From a virus (Duplodnaviria > Caudoviricetes), in IMG/VR virus record IMGVR_UViG_3300033273_000282, positions 1-64,000 of that record: a stretch of 64,000 nucleotides of DNA; one strand, written 5' to 3'. The notes beneath the pieces are model-generated. The model had not been told where the DNA came from and did not search any database. It saw only the letters and a program-made list of their open reading frames with translations. This document shows positions 35,049-46,452 of this stretch, in pieces. The position numbers and the translations under genes were made by a program. Position 1 is the first letter of the stretch. Each line of letters begins with the position of its first letter.

Positions 35049-38000
35049 ATGAGTTTTCAGTTAAATTCTGATAGGGAACAACTTAGAGGTGTTGACTCTA
35101 CCATTATTGGTTCTAGTTCTGTCCGTATTAGGGCGGGTCAAGGCACAGAAGAAAGGGAGATCTTTCAAACTAAAGTTGACCCTAGTTCTGGACTGCCTAG
35201 AGTAGGTATCAATAGAACAGGTAGAAGAGTTGACTTTATTAAAGTTACTGCTTCTGGTCAAAATTATACTGATACTCCTACTGTAGAAATTTCAGCTCCA
35301 ACTTTGCCTGGTGGTATTCAGGCAGTTGCTTCTGCTACCACAGACGCTTTTGGTAGAATTACATCGATTGGTATTGACAATCAAGGTGATGGTTATGAAT
35401 TTGCCCCTACTGTAAATATCACTGGCGGTGGTGGTACTGGTGCCGCCGCCGAAGCAGCATTAGATATTATTGAGTTTGAGCTTGACGTTAATGGTGCTAT
35501 CAGAACGTCTACTTCCATCATTTCTGATACAGCAAATATTCTCAACCTGGACATTGATAATCTGGTTACTCCAGATATTAAGATCCGTGCTCCTCATCTA
35601 AAAACATTTATGAATGGTGGTGGAGAAGCATTCCCAACTTCACCAACACCTGTTAATAAAAACGATTATTTCTATGTCCTGAACAATGTTTATCAGGCAC
35701 TTAACAATGGCGTCACTGGTAATATTCCCCCATTCCATGATGATGGTATTGAACTAAATGGTACAGTTCAATTTAAACACATTGGTTATAGGATTGAAGG
35801 AAACCCTGACGTAAAATTCTATGGAGAAGGTGGAAATGCTGGTGTATTCCCACGTTCGATTACTCCACTACTTGGTGATAAGTCAGATAAGATTGCTACT
35901 ACTGAATATGTTCTAAACCTAGCAACAAACGACGTTGGTGGTCGTATCTATGTTTCGGAACAGATTGGTGATGACGACAACGATGGTCGTTCACCAGTTA
36001 ACCCAGTTAGAACAATCAAAAAAGCGTGTCAGTTGGCATGGCAAACTCCTGGTGTTAAGGAGTCGGTTATTGTTGCTGGTGGCAATTATATTGAAGACAA
36101 CCCAATTTCTATTCCACCAGATTGTTCTATTGTTGGTGACAACCTTCGTCTGGTTATTATTAGACCAAACAATCTAAACAAGCACATCTTTAAGTTTGGT
36201 GATAAGAACTACGTTATTGGTGTAACATATCAAGATAAAGTTAACTCTTCTGGTGCTTCTGTCGGCACCTGGGACTTTGCTATGGTCTTCGACGACAAGC
36301 AAAGAATTACATATGATGCCGAAGCTAATGGAGATTTTGGAATTAACTTCCCTGTTGGTCACCAATTCTTTGGACCAGAATCATTTTCGGCACAATTTGC
36401 TTTCAACAGCGGTGGAGCAAGTCTATCTTCTGGTATCCAAATCTTCGGTGTTAGCACTGGTACTCTAGGTAGAATTGGTGCTGTCACATTTGATATTACA
36501 GATACCAACAATCAAAACGTATACCTAGAAGGTAGTGTTGCTGATCTGGTCAAAGAGTCTGGTGCTGGTTTCCAGTCTGCTGAAACATTCCTATTCGGCG
36601 GTACAGGAACTACTTTCTGGAAAGGTACTACAGATTATGATCTCGGAGACGTTGTATTTGCTACAGGTGTTGATAACGAAGGTGGACTAATCGCCAACGT
36701 GTATACTGTTGTTCAAGAAGGTACTTCAGGCATTACTCAACCTGATCACACATCAGGTCAACTTTCTAATGGAACGGTAATCTTTGAATATACTAGAGCT
36801 GCCTACTCAGTCAACTTTAGTGAAATTAACTCAACTCGTGCTGAGGGTGAGGTAGTATTTGTCAACGAAGATCAGGAATCTATTCTACCTATTATTAGAG
36901 TAGATTTCTCACAACAAGGAACTTTTACTGATGGTTTTCAAAGTGATCTTTATGGTAATGCTGAAGACCTTGGTGGTGTTATTTTCTACACCAACCCACT
37001 AGAAGGTGCCAATAACATTCACGACTTCAAAGAAGGTGATGAGATTGAAATTACTGGTATGCCAGTTACAGGATCATACGATCTCACTTTCCTGAATGGC
37101 AAGCAAAGAATTTACAAAGTTCTAGAGGATGCTGATGGTCGTGCTAGAAGATTTGTAATTCCTAAAAAAATTCCAACCTCTTTTAACCTAGAACTAGAAA
37201 ATAACTGGAATCCAGATGATTATGGTGCTGTAGTTAGTGTTAAGTATGCTTCTAAGTCAGTTACCCTATCACTACTAAATTCTCCAAACAAGTTCCCATT
37301 AGCAACACCAGTAGCAAGAAGATATCAAGATGCTTGCCTACAAATCAGAAACAATAGAGACTTCATTGCTGATGAAGTTGTAGGTCGTATTAATGATCAA
37401 TTTAAAAAAGAATACTTCTCTGTATATGATATTGACGCTACAGATCCAGCAGCAGTAGTATTCAAAGTTTTTGCTGGAACGTCTACGTTTGTACACACAT
37501 ATGTGAGTGGTGGTACAGTAACAGTGACTGCTACAGGTAACACTTACAATATTAGTAACTTCGAATATGATAATACTACTGGTGTAGCAACTATTACTAC
37601 ATCTTCCAACCCTGGATTGGTAGAAGATGATACTGTACAACTAGCAGATATTCTAGTTTCTTGTGTCATCAGTGGCGAAGTTGTTGAGAAGACATATCCA
37701 AGTTGGAATATTCCTGTAAGTGATGAAAAGTGTAAGAGAGACGTTCGTCACTTCCTAAATGCTCTAACCCAAGATTTGGAATTTGGTAGCAACTACAATA
37801 TTATCAAAGCTGCTCAAAGATACTTTGATGCTGGACAGATTGAATATGTAGATTATGAAATTATTCAAACTGTTCGTGCTATCGAATATGCTAGAGAACT
37901 AGCAATCTACGCTATGAGAAAGTGGCGTACTGGTGATGGTTCTCCTGGTCAAACAGTGTATGTTCCATCATATGCTTCACAAAATGATCAGTATATCGAT

Positions 38001-41000
38001 CAAACAATTATTGATGATCCTGCTACTCCTGCTTGTGCTAACGTATATAATGCCATCCAAACTCTATCGTATCTCTATGTAGATGTTATAGCAAATAATG
38101 CTTCTGGTACATACCTAGATGCTGCTTATTTGATCTCTAGAAACAAAGATCACATTGCTGACGAAGCGTATCTAAGAACTAAGCAACAGTATCCTTCTCT
38201 TGCTCTCAATAACATCGATGAGCGTAAGTGCCGTAGAGATATTAATTACATCATCACTGGTGTTCTAAGAGACTTGGTTCTTGGTGGTAATACTGGTGCT
38301 GTATCTTATGCCGAGTTGTATTACACAGGCACTGGTCTAACTGGAATCCCTGCTAGTGAACTAGGTGCTACTAGATTTGCTTTCCAGAAAGTAAGAGACT
38401 TGTCTATTCAGGCAATGAGAAACTGGACCACATCTGCTGGTAATCCTGTTTCTCCTCTGTTTACTCTTATTCCTCAGTTTACAGATAACACCATTCTAGT
38501 TGATGCTAACGGAACTCCAACTTTCCAAGGAACTCCAACTGATGCTACCTACGATCCCGCTACTGGTGACTTTGTAATGACGTTTGCTGCTCCTCACGGA
38601 GTAACAACAAACGAATCAATTAGAATTGAAATCGAATCATTCGTATTCAAGTGTGCTATGGACAACTACAGGTCCGAGCACTATCTACCAGAATCTGATC
38701 AAACAGCTGCTACTCAACTTATTCCAGTAGATTCTGTAACTGCTAACACAATCACTATTAATGTTGGTGCTTCTGGTTCTGACGTAACTTTCACACCAAC
38801 TGACGCTACTTACGATCCTTCCACTGGTAACTTCACCATGGAGATCGGAGCCCATACGCTATCACTAGGCGAAGGTATTGTTCTCGATGACAATAGCTTC
38901 ACCTTCAGATGTGCTATGGATGGATATGATTCTCAGAAGACATATCCACGTCCTGGTATCGATCCTTTTGCTGGTAGGTCTATGAAGATCACAGGATCTA
39001 CAGAAACCTCGATTACGGTTAATGTAGGTGCTTCTGGTCCTAACAAAACTTTCCAACCATCCGACGCTACCTATAATCCTGCTACTGGTGACATGGTTGT
39101 CACTGTTGGACAGCATGGATTGGGTGTGGGTCGTAGTGTTGTCCTATCTGATAATAGCTTCACATTTACTTGTGACATGGACAACAACGCCACAGAGAAG
39201 TCGTATCCACGTCCTGGCATCGACCCATTTGCTGGAAAGTCCATTGCTATTACTAGCGTAGGTGTTACAACTCATAGTCCTTCCAACGCTTCCTATGATC
39301 CAGCAGCAGGAACATTACAGTTTACTTTAGTTGGGCATGGATTTAGTAATGGTGACTATATCAAGATCGATGATAATGCTATCACATTTACATGTGATTT
39401 AGATGGTAATGCTTCACAGCATACATATCCGCGCTCTTATGAGTATGCTAGTGGAAGATGGTTTGCTGTTCAAGTAATTGATGCTGACACTTTACAAATC
39501 ACTGGTCTTCCAATCCCAAGAGATCAATCTACACACACTTATGTAAGTTTTGCTCCCAATAGTCTTTCAAGACAAGACGGAACATTTACTATCAATGTAG
39601 GAACTTCTGATGCTGATGTAGAGTTTACTCCTACTAATGCTACTTACGATCCTTCCAACGGAGATCTTGAACTAACTATTGGATCTCATAGTTTGGTGGC
39701 AGGCGAGGGTATTGTCATTGCTGACAATTCCTTGTCCTTCAGCTGTGACATGGATAATCGTGATTCTACCAAGACATATCCACGTCCTGGAATTGATCCT
39801 TATGCTGGCAGATCAATCCCAATTACATCGGTTACTGCTAACACAATTACTGTAAACGCTGGAGTTTCTGGTCCTAACAAGTATTTCACACCAACTGCTG
39901 CTACTTATAGTCCTGTAACTGGTGATATGACTGTCACTGTTGGACAGCATGGTCTAGGTGTTGGACGTAGCGTTGTTCTAGAAGACAACTCCTTCACCTT
40001 CACTTGCCTAACTGATCCTAGTGATCCCAAGACATATCCACGTCCTGGACAGGATCCATTTGCTGGTAAGTCTATTCCCATTACTGCTGTTGGATCTACA
40101 TCTCACGATGTAACTGATGCTCCTTATAATCCTTCTACTGGCATTATTACACTAACAGTTGCTAACCACGGATTCTCCAATGGGGATTACATTAAAGTTG
40201 CTGATGGATCTTTAACATATACATGTGATTTGGATGGCAATACTGTTCAGAAGTCTTATCCACGAGCTGGTTATGACTATCCATCTGGGCGCTGGTTACA
40301 AATCAACGGTGTAACTACAAACACTTTCCAGATCAACGTAGGTCCGTCTTCGTACACTGGCACCCACACCTATGTTGGTGGTACTGCTAGTAATGCTATT
40401 GAACGTCAAGATGGTACATTTACTATTTTTGTTGGTACTTCTTCAGACACTTCGACACATACTTTTGTAAGTGCCACTACTAACGCTATCAAGCACGAAC
40501 CACAATCTACACATTATTTTGAAGGTGCTACTGCTAACTCTGTCAAGCATCTCCCACAATCTACACACACATTTGTTAGAGCAACATCTAACGCCATTAA
40601 GCATGAGCCACAATCCACTCACCAATTCGTCAGTGCTACTACAGGTGCTGTCAAGCATCTACCACAATCGGCACATGATTTCCAACGTGTCATTGGAACA
40701 AATGTAGTTGCTGCTTATCCTTCTGGTGGTAGTCCTGTTTGTGCTGATGTTGAAGCTTCGCTAACAACTTCATTCGCTCTGATTGACGGTATTCTAGAAT
40801 TCGCTGCTGATCCTGATAGTCCTACAGCAATCCAACCTGGAACTACAACAAAAACTACTGGAACATTATTTACTGGAGATAGTATTATCTCCTACCCAAC
40901 CAATGTTCTTAGAGATGCTAATAATAACTATGTTACTATCCGTGGCATTTACGATGATCTACCTATCATCTCAGCATCTCCATATACTCAGAACTCTTCT

Positions 41001-44000
41001 ATTATCTCCAAACTAGGTGGTAGTGGTGCTCTCATTGACGGTTCTAAAGTCAAGAGTCCAAACTGCCCATTCCCTGGTTTGTCTGACGGTAAAGCAACCT
41101 TCCCCAACCAGGGTAAGTCGATGGTTGCTTCGGCATTCACGATTGTTTCTGAACAGAATGGTATTGGTTATAAGGTTATTGAAGATGGTTATACTCAGTT
41201 GGTTTCGGTCTTCTGTATCTTTACTGTTGATGGTATCCTCTGTGAATCTGGTGGTTATGCTTCTGTCACCAACTCTGCTTCTAACTTCGGTACATACGCT
41301 CTAAGATCTGTAGGTATCAGAAGAGAACCATATGAGTTTGACGCTGGATATTCAGATTCTCAAGGATATCAACGTGCTTTCATCGATGTTGTTTCTGAAA
41401 GTATTACTGGTTTCACAGAATTTACCATCGACAACTTAGGTAGAATTCCTCTTGAGCATTATGTTGTCCGTGTTGATGGATATGAATCAGCTGATCTAGA
41501 TGATGAATACTTCATCGATAAAGTAGAAGTTCTTAGAGAGGGTCCTCCTTTCAGAGCAAGAGTTACCTTGACTGATGGTTCTGGCGCTGGAACTATTCAA
41601 TTAAGGAACAAGTCTACTGGTCTCACTGTTTCTCCCGCTTCTCTGTCCCAGTTAAATGTTGCTCTACACAGACCTTCAATTTGTAACTCTTCTTCTCACA
41701 CCTGGGAATTTGTTGGTTCTGGTGTTGACTACAATGCTCTACCAGAAAACGGTGGTATCAAGGTTGATGCCAATGAGCAAGTTTCCGAGAACTATGGTAG
41801 AACATACGTCTCTGGTACTGACGAACTAGGTGACTTTAAAGTTGGCACATTCGCTAAGATTGAGAACAGAACTGGTAACATTACCTTCACGGGTACGGTT
41901 TCGATCTCAGAAGTTGAATTCTTGAAACTGAGAGGTGGCGACGTTGTTGTTACTGGTTTCGATAACAGCAACACCCTTGGTGGTACACTGTCTTCTGACT
42001 CCAAACTACCAACACAGAAAGCAGTTAGAGACTACATCATCAACAACCTTGGTCAGTATTTGAACAAGAACTACTCTACAAACCCAGTTCCTAGAGCACT
42101 TGTTGAACTTACTGACTCTGGTCTAATTTCAGAATCTCAGTTACCTGCTTCCAGTCCAATTGAAGTTTACACTGTAGAAGATCAGGCAGCCAGACTTGCT
42201 CTTGAAGGTATTAGAGCAGGTGACATTGCTATTCAAGATGGTGAAGCATATATTCTAAACACCGATAGTGAGTCGCTATTTGCTGGAATTGCTGTTGATT
42301 CTTCACTACAGTTTACTGCTAATGCTATCTTCACTGGTAGTAATACTGGTGGTAAGATTCAACTTACTGAATATAGACAGGGTGTAGTTAAGAGAATTAC
42401 CATCCCAGATGGTGGTGGTGGTTCTGGATACTCAACTTCCAATCCACCAACTGTTGTCATTACTGATACTGGAACTACACTAGGTCACGTACCTGCTACT
42501 GCTGAAGCAGTTGTTGCTGGTGGTGAAATCGTTGCCATCAACATCACAGAATCTAATGGTTATTTTGGTGGACAAGGATATTCCGATGTTCCAACAATCT
42601 CCTTCACTAATACTGGTGGCGGTTCTGGGGCATCAGCAAACGCTGAGATTGAAAGCAGACTATATGGTAATATTGTTAACGCTATTAAGATTAATGCCAC
42701 TGATACAATTGAGTCTAGTGACGTTCCTTCTGAGACAGTAAACATTATTAGAACCGTTAATACTTCAGGTAGCAATAATGCTAACTGGGTATCTCTAAGT
42801 ACCTCCAGCGTACCTGCTGATAGAATTACAGACGGTCCAATTCCAACTGGTATTCTTGCTAACAACTCTACTGAAGCAAACTCTAATACTGCTCTGTTTG
42901 GTGATCAGTCATATAAGAAAGTTGTTAAGTCTGTTCGTGGTTCTGAAGAGAGATACTTCATTACAACAGCAGATGCTAGTGGTTCTGACTATTTGGTATT
43001 CCTATCAACCAGTCAAAACAACACTGGTCTACTCCTAATCGGTCACCAAGTTACTGGTGTAACTGGTATTCAACCTGGAACGACTATTACACAGATCGCT
43101 GATATCACTGTAGGAACTGACACATTTAAGAGGGTAACACTAAGTGATGGTTTAACAAATGCTATTCCAACAGGAAGTATTGTTGAATTCATCCGACCAC
43201 CATCTCCAATTCTACTAGAATCCACTTCCAGAACTTCTGGATTTATTGAGTCGGTTCAGATTGAAAATGGTGGTCAAGACTTCGCTCAAGACGAGGGCGG
43301 CACCTTTAACTATAACAACGTTGAGGTTTTGGGTGGTGTAGGAACTATCATCCAGAGGATGCAACTCAACTTCAGAATTGAGAGTGGTGTTGTTACTAAC
43401 GTAACTGTTGCTCAAGGTGGTGAGGGATATGAAGCAGACTTCACTATTACTGATATCCCAACAGAAATCGGTACTGAAGGTTCTGGTCTAATTCTACGTG
43501 CTAAGGTCAACACTACCGACAAACAAGAAGGCGACATCGGCATTGACGTTGCCAGAGTAACATCAGACACTCTATCTGATGAAGACTTTGGTACAGTTGG
43601 TGTTGCTAGATTCAAAAAGTCACAGTTTGATGTTGGAGACAATGGTTCGGTAGCACTATTTACTGGTATTGACTCTGGTCTTGATGCTGACTTGCTCGAT
43701 GGTAACCAGAGCACATACTATAGAAACGCTGATAACATTAACGCTGGTAGACTAAAACCTGCTTATCTCTCTGGTGAATATAACATTAGTATTACTCAGC
43801 AATCTGGTAGTACCGCTAAACTAACTGCTAAGACTGGTTCTCTTACATCCGATCTACCTCCAAATGATATCATCGATGGTATCACTGCTGATGTTAGAAG
43901 AAACGATGCTAACCAGTTGTTTGACCCAGCAACTAAAGAAGTTGATGGTGTTATCGTAAGTACAGCAACTGATTACAATACTGTACTTTCCTTTAGAGGT

Positions 44001-46412
44001 GGTGGTTCTGGTACAACTAACCCATATGGTGGTGTTGGCCAAATTGCATTTACTGATGCTAATAATTTCTATGCTAGAGGTTCTTCGGCAAGAGTTGACT
44101 CCGAAGCACAATGGAGTGCTTGGGCAAAAATCTGGACCTCCCAGAATGATTACACTACAGATCCCGTAAATACTGCTGATATTGCTGGTCCTAATGCTTA
44201 TCGCTTGAGAAACAGAACTGGTCTCTGGTATCAGAATGCCAACACGTTTATCTTCGGAGATCTTGGTGATAGAAGACTACCTTCTTACCAGACCGCTAAG
44301 GACTTCAACACTAGATTGAGAGTTCTTGAAGATACTGGTGCTGGTCTAAGATACGATATTTACATTGGTACAGTTACTGCTGCTACTATTACTGCTTTTG
44401 ATAACGCTCCTTTCACCAGCAACCCACCACTAGTCAAACTACTTGACGCTTTTGGTAACGATCCTGGTGAAATTAGAGTTTCTAACATTGAAGTATATAA
44501 TAATGATGGTACTGTTCTTGCTAATAGAACTGCTCCTGGACTTGACTACAGTCAACTATATGCTGTTGTAACTGGTACACTAGAAGTTGGTGGTTCCTTT
44601 GAAACCTCTGGCGGAGATCCAGTAATTGCTCTTGGCGATAATACTGTACAGATCGGTTTTGACGACTACTCAATTTCTTCTTTCGATGGCAATGCTGATG
44701 GTATGCCTGATGGAAACGTAGAAGTTGTACGTCTCGAAAGTGTTGCTGGCGAAGGAAAACTAGTTATTGGTAGAGCAGATGGTGCTCAAGGTAGTGCTAC
44801 CTCACCTGCTATTTGGTTCAGGTCTTCTGATACTATTCCTCAAGATACTACAGGTTACTACACTGTTAGAATGGTTGCCACTGGTGGTGACGCCAACGCA
44901 GGCAGTGGTGCTCTTGATGTTCAAGTAGCAACTCCAAATTCATTTACCGTTGGCAGCAACATTATCTGGAACGAAGGTAACGTAGTATTCAACACTACTA
45001 ATACAGCATCTACTACAGATCAAAATGGTGATATTACTATTAAGTCTGCTGTCTTTAGAGATGAGAATGGAGACTTTGCTGCCAACGTAATTACAGCAGA
45101 CCTTACTGGTACTGCTTCTGGTAACCTAGACATTGACGGTGGCACTTTACAGGGTGATCTGTATATTGGCACAACTGGTTCTCCTAATGATCTATATGTT
45201 AGAGGTAACACTCTAATGGATGGAACAGCAAAGGTAGATGGTGACTTCACTGTTGACTACGATGGCAACCTAATCTTTGCTGATGTATCGGAATCAAAAG
45301 TTGGCATCGGAACAGCATCGTTCCCATCCGATGAACCCACTGCTAAGTTAGTAGTTCAGGGTGCTGCTACATCGTCTACTTCTTTCCTCGTTACAGGTGG
45401 TGGTGCCAATATTGGTTCTGCCCTGAAACTACAACACCAAGGAGCAACAGGTAGTACTGGCACTGATGGTACATGGAATATTGCCTTTGGTGCTAATGAG
45501 TTAGACTTTGGAGTTGGACAAAACAGCGTTGGTGCTGCTGGTGGTATGTACCTCTATCACAAAGATGGTAATACAACTAACGTTCCTTTGATTCTCAAAA
45601 CTCAACATGTTGTTATTCCATTCCGTCTTGGTGTTGGTAACAACAGTCCTGGATTCGGTCTAGATGTATCAGATAATGCTCGTATCGACACCTCTCTCAC
45701 AATTGGTAAGACCAATAACAATAATGGAGCACCAATTTACTTCCTTGGCGCTACTGGTGGATCTTACACTGATGGTTATCTAAGCAACTTCCGTGTTGGC
45801 AATCAAATTAGTGGTGATGACATTTTTGAAATTACTGCTGGTGATCACGGTGATGCCAATAACGAATGGAAGGCAACTCCTGCTCTTGCTATTCAAGGTA
45901 GCAATAATAGAGTTGCTATTAACACAACTGCTTTTGGTGGCACAGATCCTGAAGAAGTTGATGAATTCGACAACCCAATCCAGAGAGTCTATACACTCAA
46001 CATTCAGGGTGATGTTAACTTCAATGGTCAACTATTCAAGGACAACGCTGAGTTTGTTACTTCTCGTTGGACTGAAGCCCCTAACGAAATTGATATTTAC
46101 AGACCTTCTAAGGTTGGTATCAACTTCACAACTGATAAGAACCCAGGTTACGCTCTAGATGTTGAAGGTTCTGTAGATATCAACACATCCACTGTAGGTG
46201 TCGATGGCGACACTACCAACGCTAACGTATTGAGAGCAAATGGAGATCCACAATGGTTGGATACATATGGTGTTATCAAGGCAAACAGAAACAGCATTAC
46301 TGAAAATATCACTATTCCAAATAATATTAATGCCATGTCTGTTGGTCCAATTGAAGTTGGTAGTGGTAACACGATCACTGTTGACGACGGTGGTGTTTGG
46401 ACTATCTTATAA
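35049..46412 (+). CDS. giant tail fibre protein (3787 aa)
   Basis: IYVSEQIGDDDNDGRSP...TIKKAC; internal TPTDATYDP modules; DADLLDG; C-terminal NAMSVGPIEV...VWTIL fibre ending. Confidence 0.85.
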   Translation: MSFQLNSDREQLRGVDSTIIGSSSVRIRAGQGTEEREIFQTKVDPSSGLPRVGINRTGRRVDFIKVTASGQNYTDTPTVEISAPTLPGGIQAVASATTDAFGRITSIGIDNQGDGYEFAPTVNITGGGGTGAAAEAALDIIEFELDVNGAIRTSTSIISDTANILNLDIDNLVTPDIKIRAPHLKTFMNGGGEAFPTSPTPVNKNDYFYVLNNVYQALNNGVTGNIPPFHDDGIELNGTVQFKHIGYRIEGNPDVKFYGEGGNAGVFPRSITPLLGDKSDKIATTEYVLNLATNDVGGRIYVSEQIGDDDNDGRSPVNPVRTIKKACQLAWQTPGVKESVIVAGGNYIEDNPISIPPDCSIVGDNLRLVIIRPNNLNKHIFKFGDKNYVIGVTYQDKVNSSGASVGTWDFAMVFDDKQRITYDAEANGDFGINFPVGHQFFGPESFSAQFAFNSGGASLSSGIQIFGVSTGTLGRIGAVTFDITDTNNQNVYLEGSVADLVKESGAGFQSAETFLFGGTGTTFWKGTTDYDLGDVVFATGVDNEGGLIANVYTVVQEGTSGITQPDHTSGQLSNGTVIFEYTRAAYSVNFSEINSTRAEGEVVFVNEDQESILPIIRVDFSQQGTFTDGFQSDLYGNAEDLGGVIFYTNPLEGANNIHDFKEGDEIEITGMPVTGSYDLTFLNGKQRIYKVLEDADGRARRFVIPKKIPTSFNLELENNWNPDDYGAVVSVKYASKSVTLSLLNSPNKFPLATPVARRYQDACLQIRNNRDFIADEVVGRINDQFKKEYFSVYDIDATDPAAVVFKVFAGTSTFVHTYVSGGTVTVTATGNTYNISNFEYDNTTGVATITTSSNPGLVEDDTVQLADILVSCVISGEVVEKTYPSWNIPVSDEKCKRDVRHFLNALTQDLEFGSNYNIIKAAQRYFDAGQIEYVDYEIIQTVRAIEYARELAIYAMRKWRTGDGSPGQTVYVPSYASQNDQYIDQTIIDDPATPACANVYNAIQTLSYLYVDVIANNASGTYLDAAYLISRNKDHIADEAYLRTKQQYPSLALNNIDERKCRRDINYIITGVLRDLVLGGNTGAVSYAELYYTGTGLTGIPASELGATRFAFQKVRDLSIQAMRNWTTSAGNPVSPLFTLIPQFTDNTILVDANGTPTFQGTPTDATYDPATGDFVMTFAAPHGVTTNESIRIEIESFVFKCAMDNYRSEHYLPESDQTAATQLIPVDSVTANTITINVGASGSDVTFTPTDATYDPSTGNFTMEIGAHTLSLGEGIVLDDNSFTFRCAMDGYDSQKTYPRPGIDPFAGRSMKITGSTETSITVNVGASGPNKTFQPSDATYNPATGDMVVTVGQHGLGVGRSVVLSDNSFTFTCDMDNNATEKSYPRPGIDPFAGKSIAITSVGVTTHSPSNASYDPAAGTLQFTLVGHGFSNGDYIKIDDNAITFTCDLDGNASQHTYPRSYEYASGRWFAVQVIDADTLQITGLPIPRDQSTHTYVSFAPNSLSRQDGTFTINVGTSDADVEFTPTNATYDPSNGDLELTIGSHSLVAGEGIVIADNSLSFSCDMDNRDSTKTYPRPGIDPYAGRSIPITSVTANTITVNAGVSGPNKYFTPTAATYSPVTGDMTVTVGQHGLGVGRSVVLEDNSFTFTCLTDPSDPKTYPRPGQDPFAGKSIPITAVGSTSHDVTDAPYNPSTGIITLTVANHGFSNGDYIKVADGSLTYTCDLDGNTVQKSYPRAGYDYPSGRWLQINGVTTNTFQINVGPSSYTGTHTYVGGTASNAIERQDGTFTIFVGTSSDTSTHTFVSATTNAIKHEPQSTHYFEGATANSVKHLPQSTHTFVRATSNAIKHEPQSTHQFVSATTGAVKHLPQSAHDFQRVIGTNVVAAYPSGGSPVCADVEASLTTSFALIDGILEFAADPDSPTAIQPGTTTKTTGTLFTGDSIISYPTNVLRDANNNYVTIRGIYDDLPIISASPYTQNSSIISKLGGSGALIDGSKVKSPNCPFPGLSDGKATFPNQGKSMVASAFTIVSEQNGIGYKVIEDGYTQLVSVFCIFTVDGILCESGGYASVTNSASNFGTYALRSVGIRREPYEFDAGYSDSQGYQRAFIDVVSESITGFTEFTIDNLGRIPLEHYVVRVDGYESADLDDEYFIDKVEVLREGPPFRARVTLTDGSGAGTIQLRNKSTGLTVSPASLSQLNVALHRPSICNSSSHTWEFVGSGVDYNALPENGGIKVDANEQVSENYGRTYVSGTDELGDFKVGTFAKIENRTGNITFTGTVSISEVEFLKLRGGDVVVTGFDNSNTLGGTLSSDSKLPTQKAVRDYIINNLGQYLNKNYSTNPVPRALVELTDSGLISESQLPASSPIEVYTVEDQAARLALEGIRAGDIAIQDGEAYILNTDSESLFAGIAVDSSLQFTANAIFTGSNTGGKIQLTEYRQGVVKRITIPDGGGGSGYSTSNPPTVVITDTGTTLGHVPATAEAVVAGGEIVAINITESNGYFGGQGYSDVPTISFTNTGGGSGASANAEIESRLYGNIVNAIKINATDTIESSDVPSETVNIIRTVNTSGSNNANWVSLSTSSVPADRITDGPIPTGILANNSTEANSNTALFGDQSYKKVVKSVRGSEERYFITTADASGSDYLVFLSTSQNNTGLLLIGHQVTGVTGIQPGTTITQIADITVGTDTFKRVTLSDGLTNAIPTGSIVEFIRPPSPILLESTSRTSGFIESVQIENGGQDFAQDEGGTFNYNNVEVLGGVGTIIQRMQLNFRIESGVVTNVTVAQGGEGYEADFTITDIPTEIGTEGSGLILRAKVNTTDKQEGDIGIDVARVTSDTLSDEDFGTVGVARFKKSQFDVGDNGSVALFTGIDSGLDADLLDGNQSTYYRNADNINAGRLKPAYLSGEYNISITQQSGSTAKLTAKTGSLTSDLPPNDIIDGITADVRRNDANQLFDPATKEVDGVIVSTATDYNTVLSFRGGGSGTTNPYGGVGQIAFTDANNFYARGSSARVDSEAQWSAWAKIWTSQNDYTTDPVNTADIAGPNAYRLRNRTGLWYQNANTFIFGDLGDRRLPSYQTAKDFNTRLRVLEDTGAGLRYDIYIGTVTAATITAFDNAPFTSNPPLVKLLDAFGNDPGEIRVSNIEVYNNDGTVLANRTAPGLDYSQLYAVVTGTLEVGGSFETSGGDPVIALGDNTVQIGFDDYSISSFDGNADGMPDGNVEVVRLESVAGEGKLVIGRADGAQGSATSPAIWFRSSDTIPQDTTGYYTVRMVATGGDANAGSGALDVQVATPNSFTVGSNIIWNEGNVVFNTTNTASTTDQNGDITIKSAVFRDENGDFAANVITADLTGTASGNLDIDGGTLQGDLYIGTTGSPNDLYVRGNTLMDGTAKVDGDFTVDYDGNLIFADVSESKVGIGTASFPSDEPTAKLVVQGAATSSTSFLVTGGGANIGSALKLQHQGATGSTGTDGTWNIAFGANELDFGVGQNSVGAAGGMYLYHKDGNTTNVPLILKTQHVVIPFRLGVGNNSPGFGLDVSDNARIDTSLTIGKTNNNNGAPIYFLGATGGSYTDGYLSNFRVGNQISGDDIFEITAGDHGDANNEWKATPALAIQGSNNRVAINTTAFGGTDPEEVDEFDNPIQRVYTLNIQGDVNFNGQLFKDNAEFVTSRWTEAPNEIDIYRPSKVGINFTTDKNPGYALDVEGSVDINTSTVGVDGDTTNANVLRANGDPQWLDTYGVIKANRNSITENITIPNNINAMSVGPIEVGSGNTITVDDGGVWTIL
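38532..40451 (+). repeat. seven ~75-100 aa modules arranged A-(B-C-D)x2 within the fibre
   Basis: Module starts at 38532, 38793, 39054, 39276, 39627, 39888 and 40107; shared TYDPxTG...FTCxxD...TYPRPGxDPxxG. Confidence 0.85.
40452..40720 (+). repeat. 54-bp (18-aa) coding tandem repeat, 4 full copies plus 1 degenerate
   Basis: STHxFxxATxxxxKH(E/L)PQ units start at 40452, 40506, 40560, 40614 and 40668. Confidence 0.9.
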
Positions 46413-46428
46413 ATAGTTGATATAAATA
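46408..46428 (+). promoter_or_regulatory. tandem late promoters
   Basis: TATAAATA at 46408 and 46421. Confidence 0.85.
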
Positions 46429-46452
46429 GATCCGAAGGACAACCTATAACTC

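Noticed and set aside
40452-40720. 54-bp tandem repeat as a CRISPR array or non-coding VNTR
   Set aside because: In frame within the fibre gene, with many synonymous differences between copies
9569-46412. Inteins or introns explaining the giant ORFs
   Set aside because: No LAGLIDADG or Hint splice motifs noticed and the frames are uninterrupted; length is explained by repeat modules
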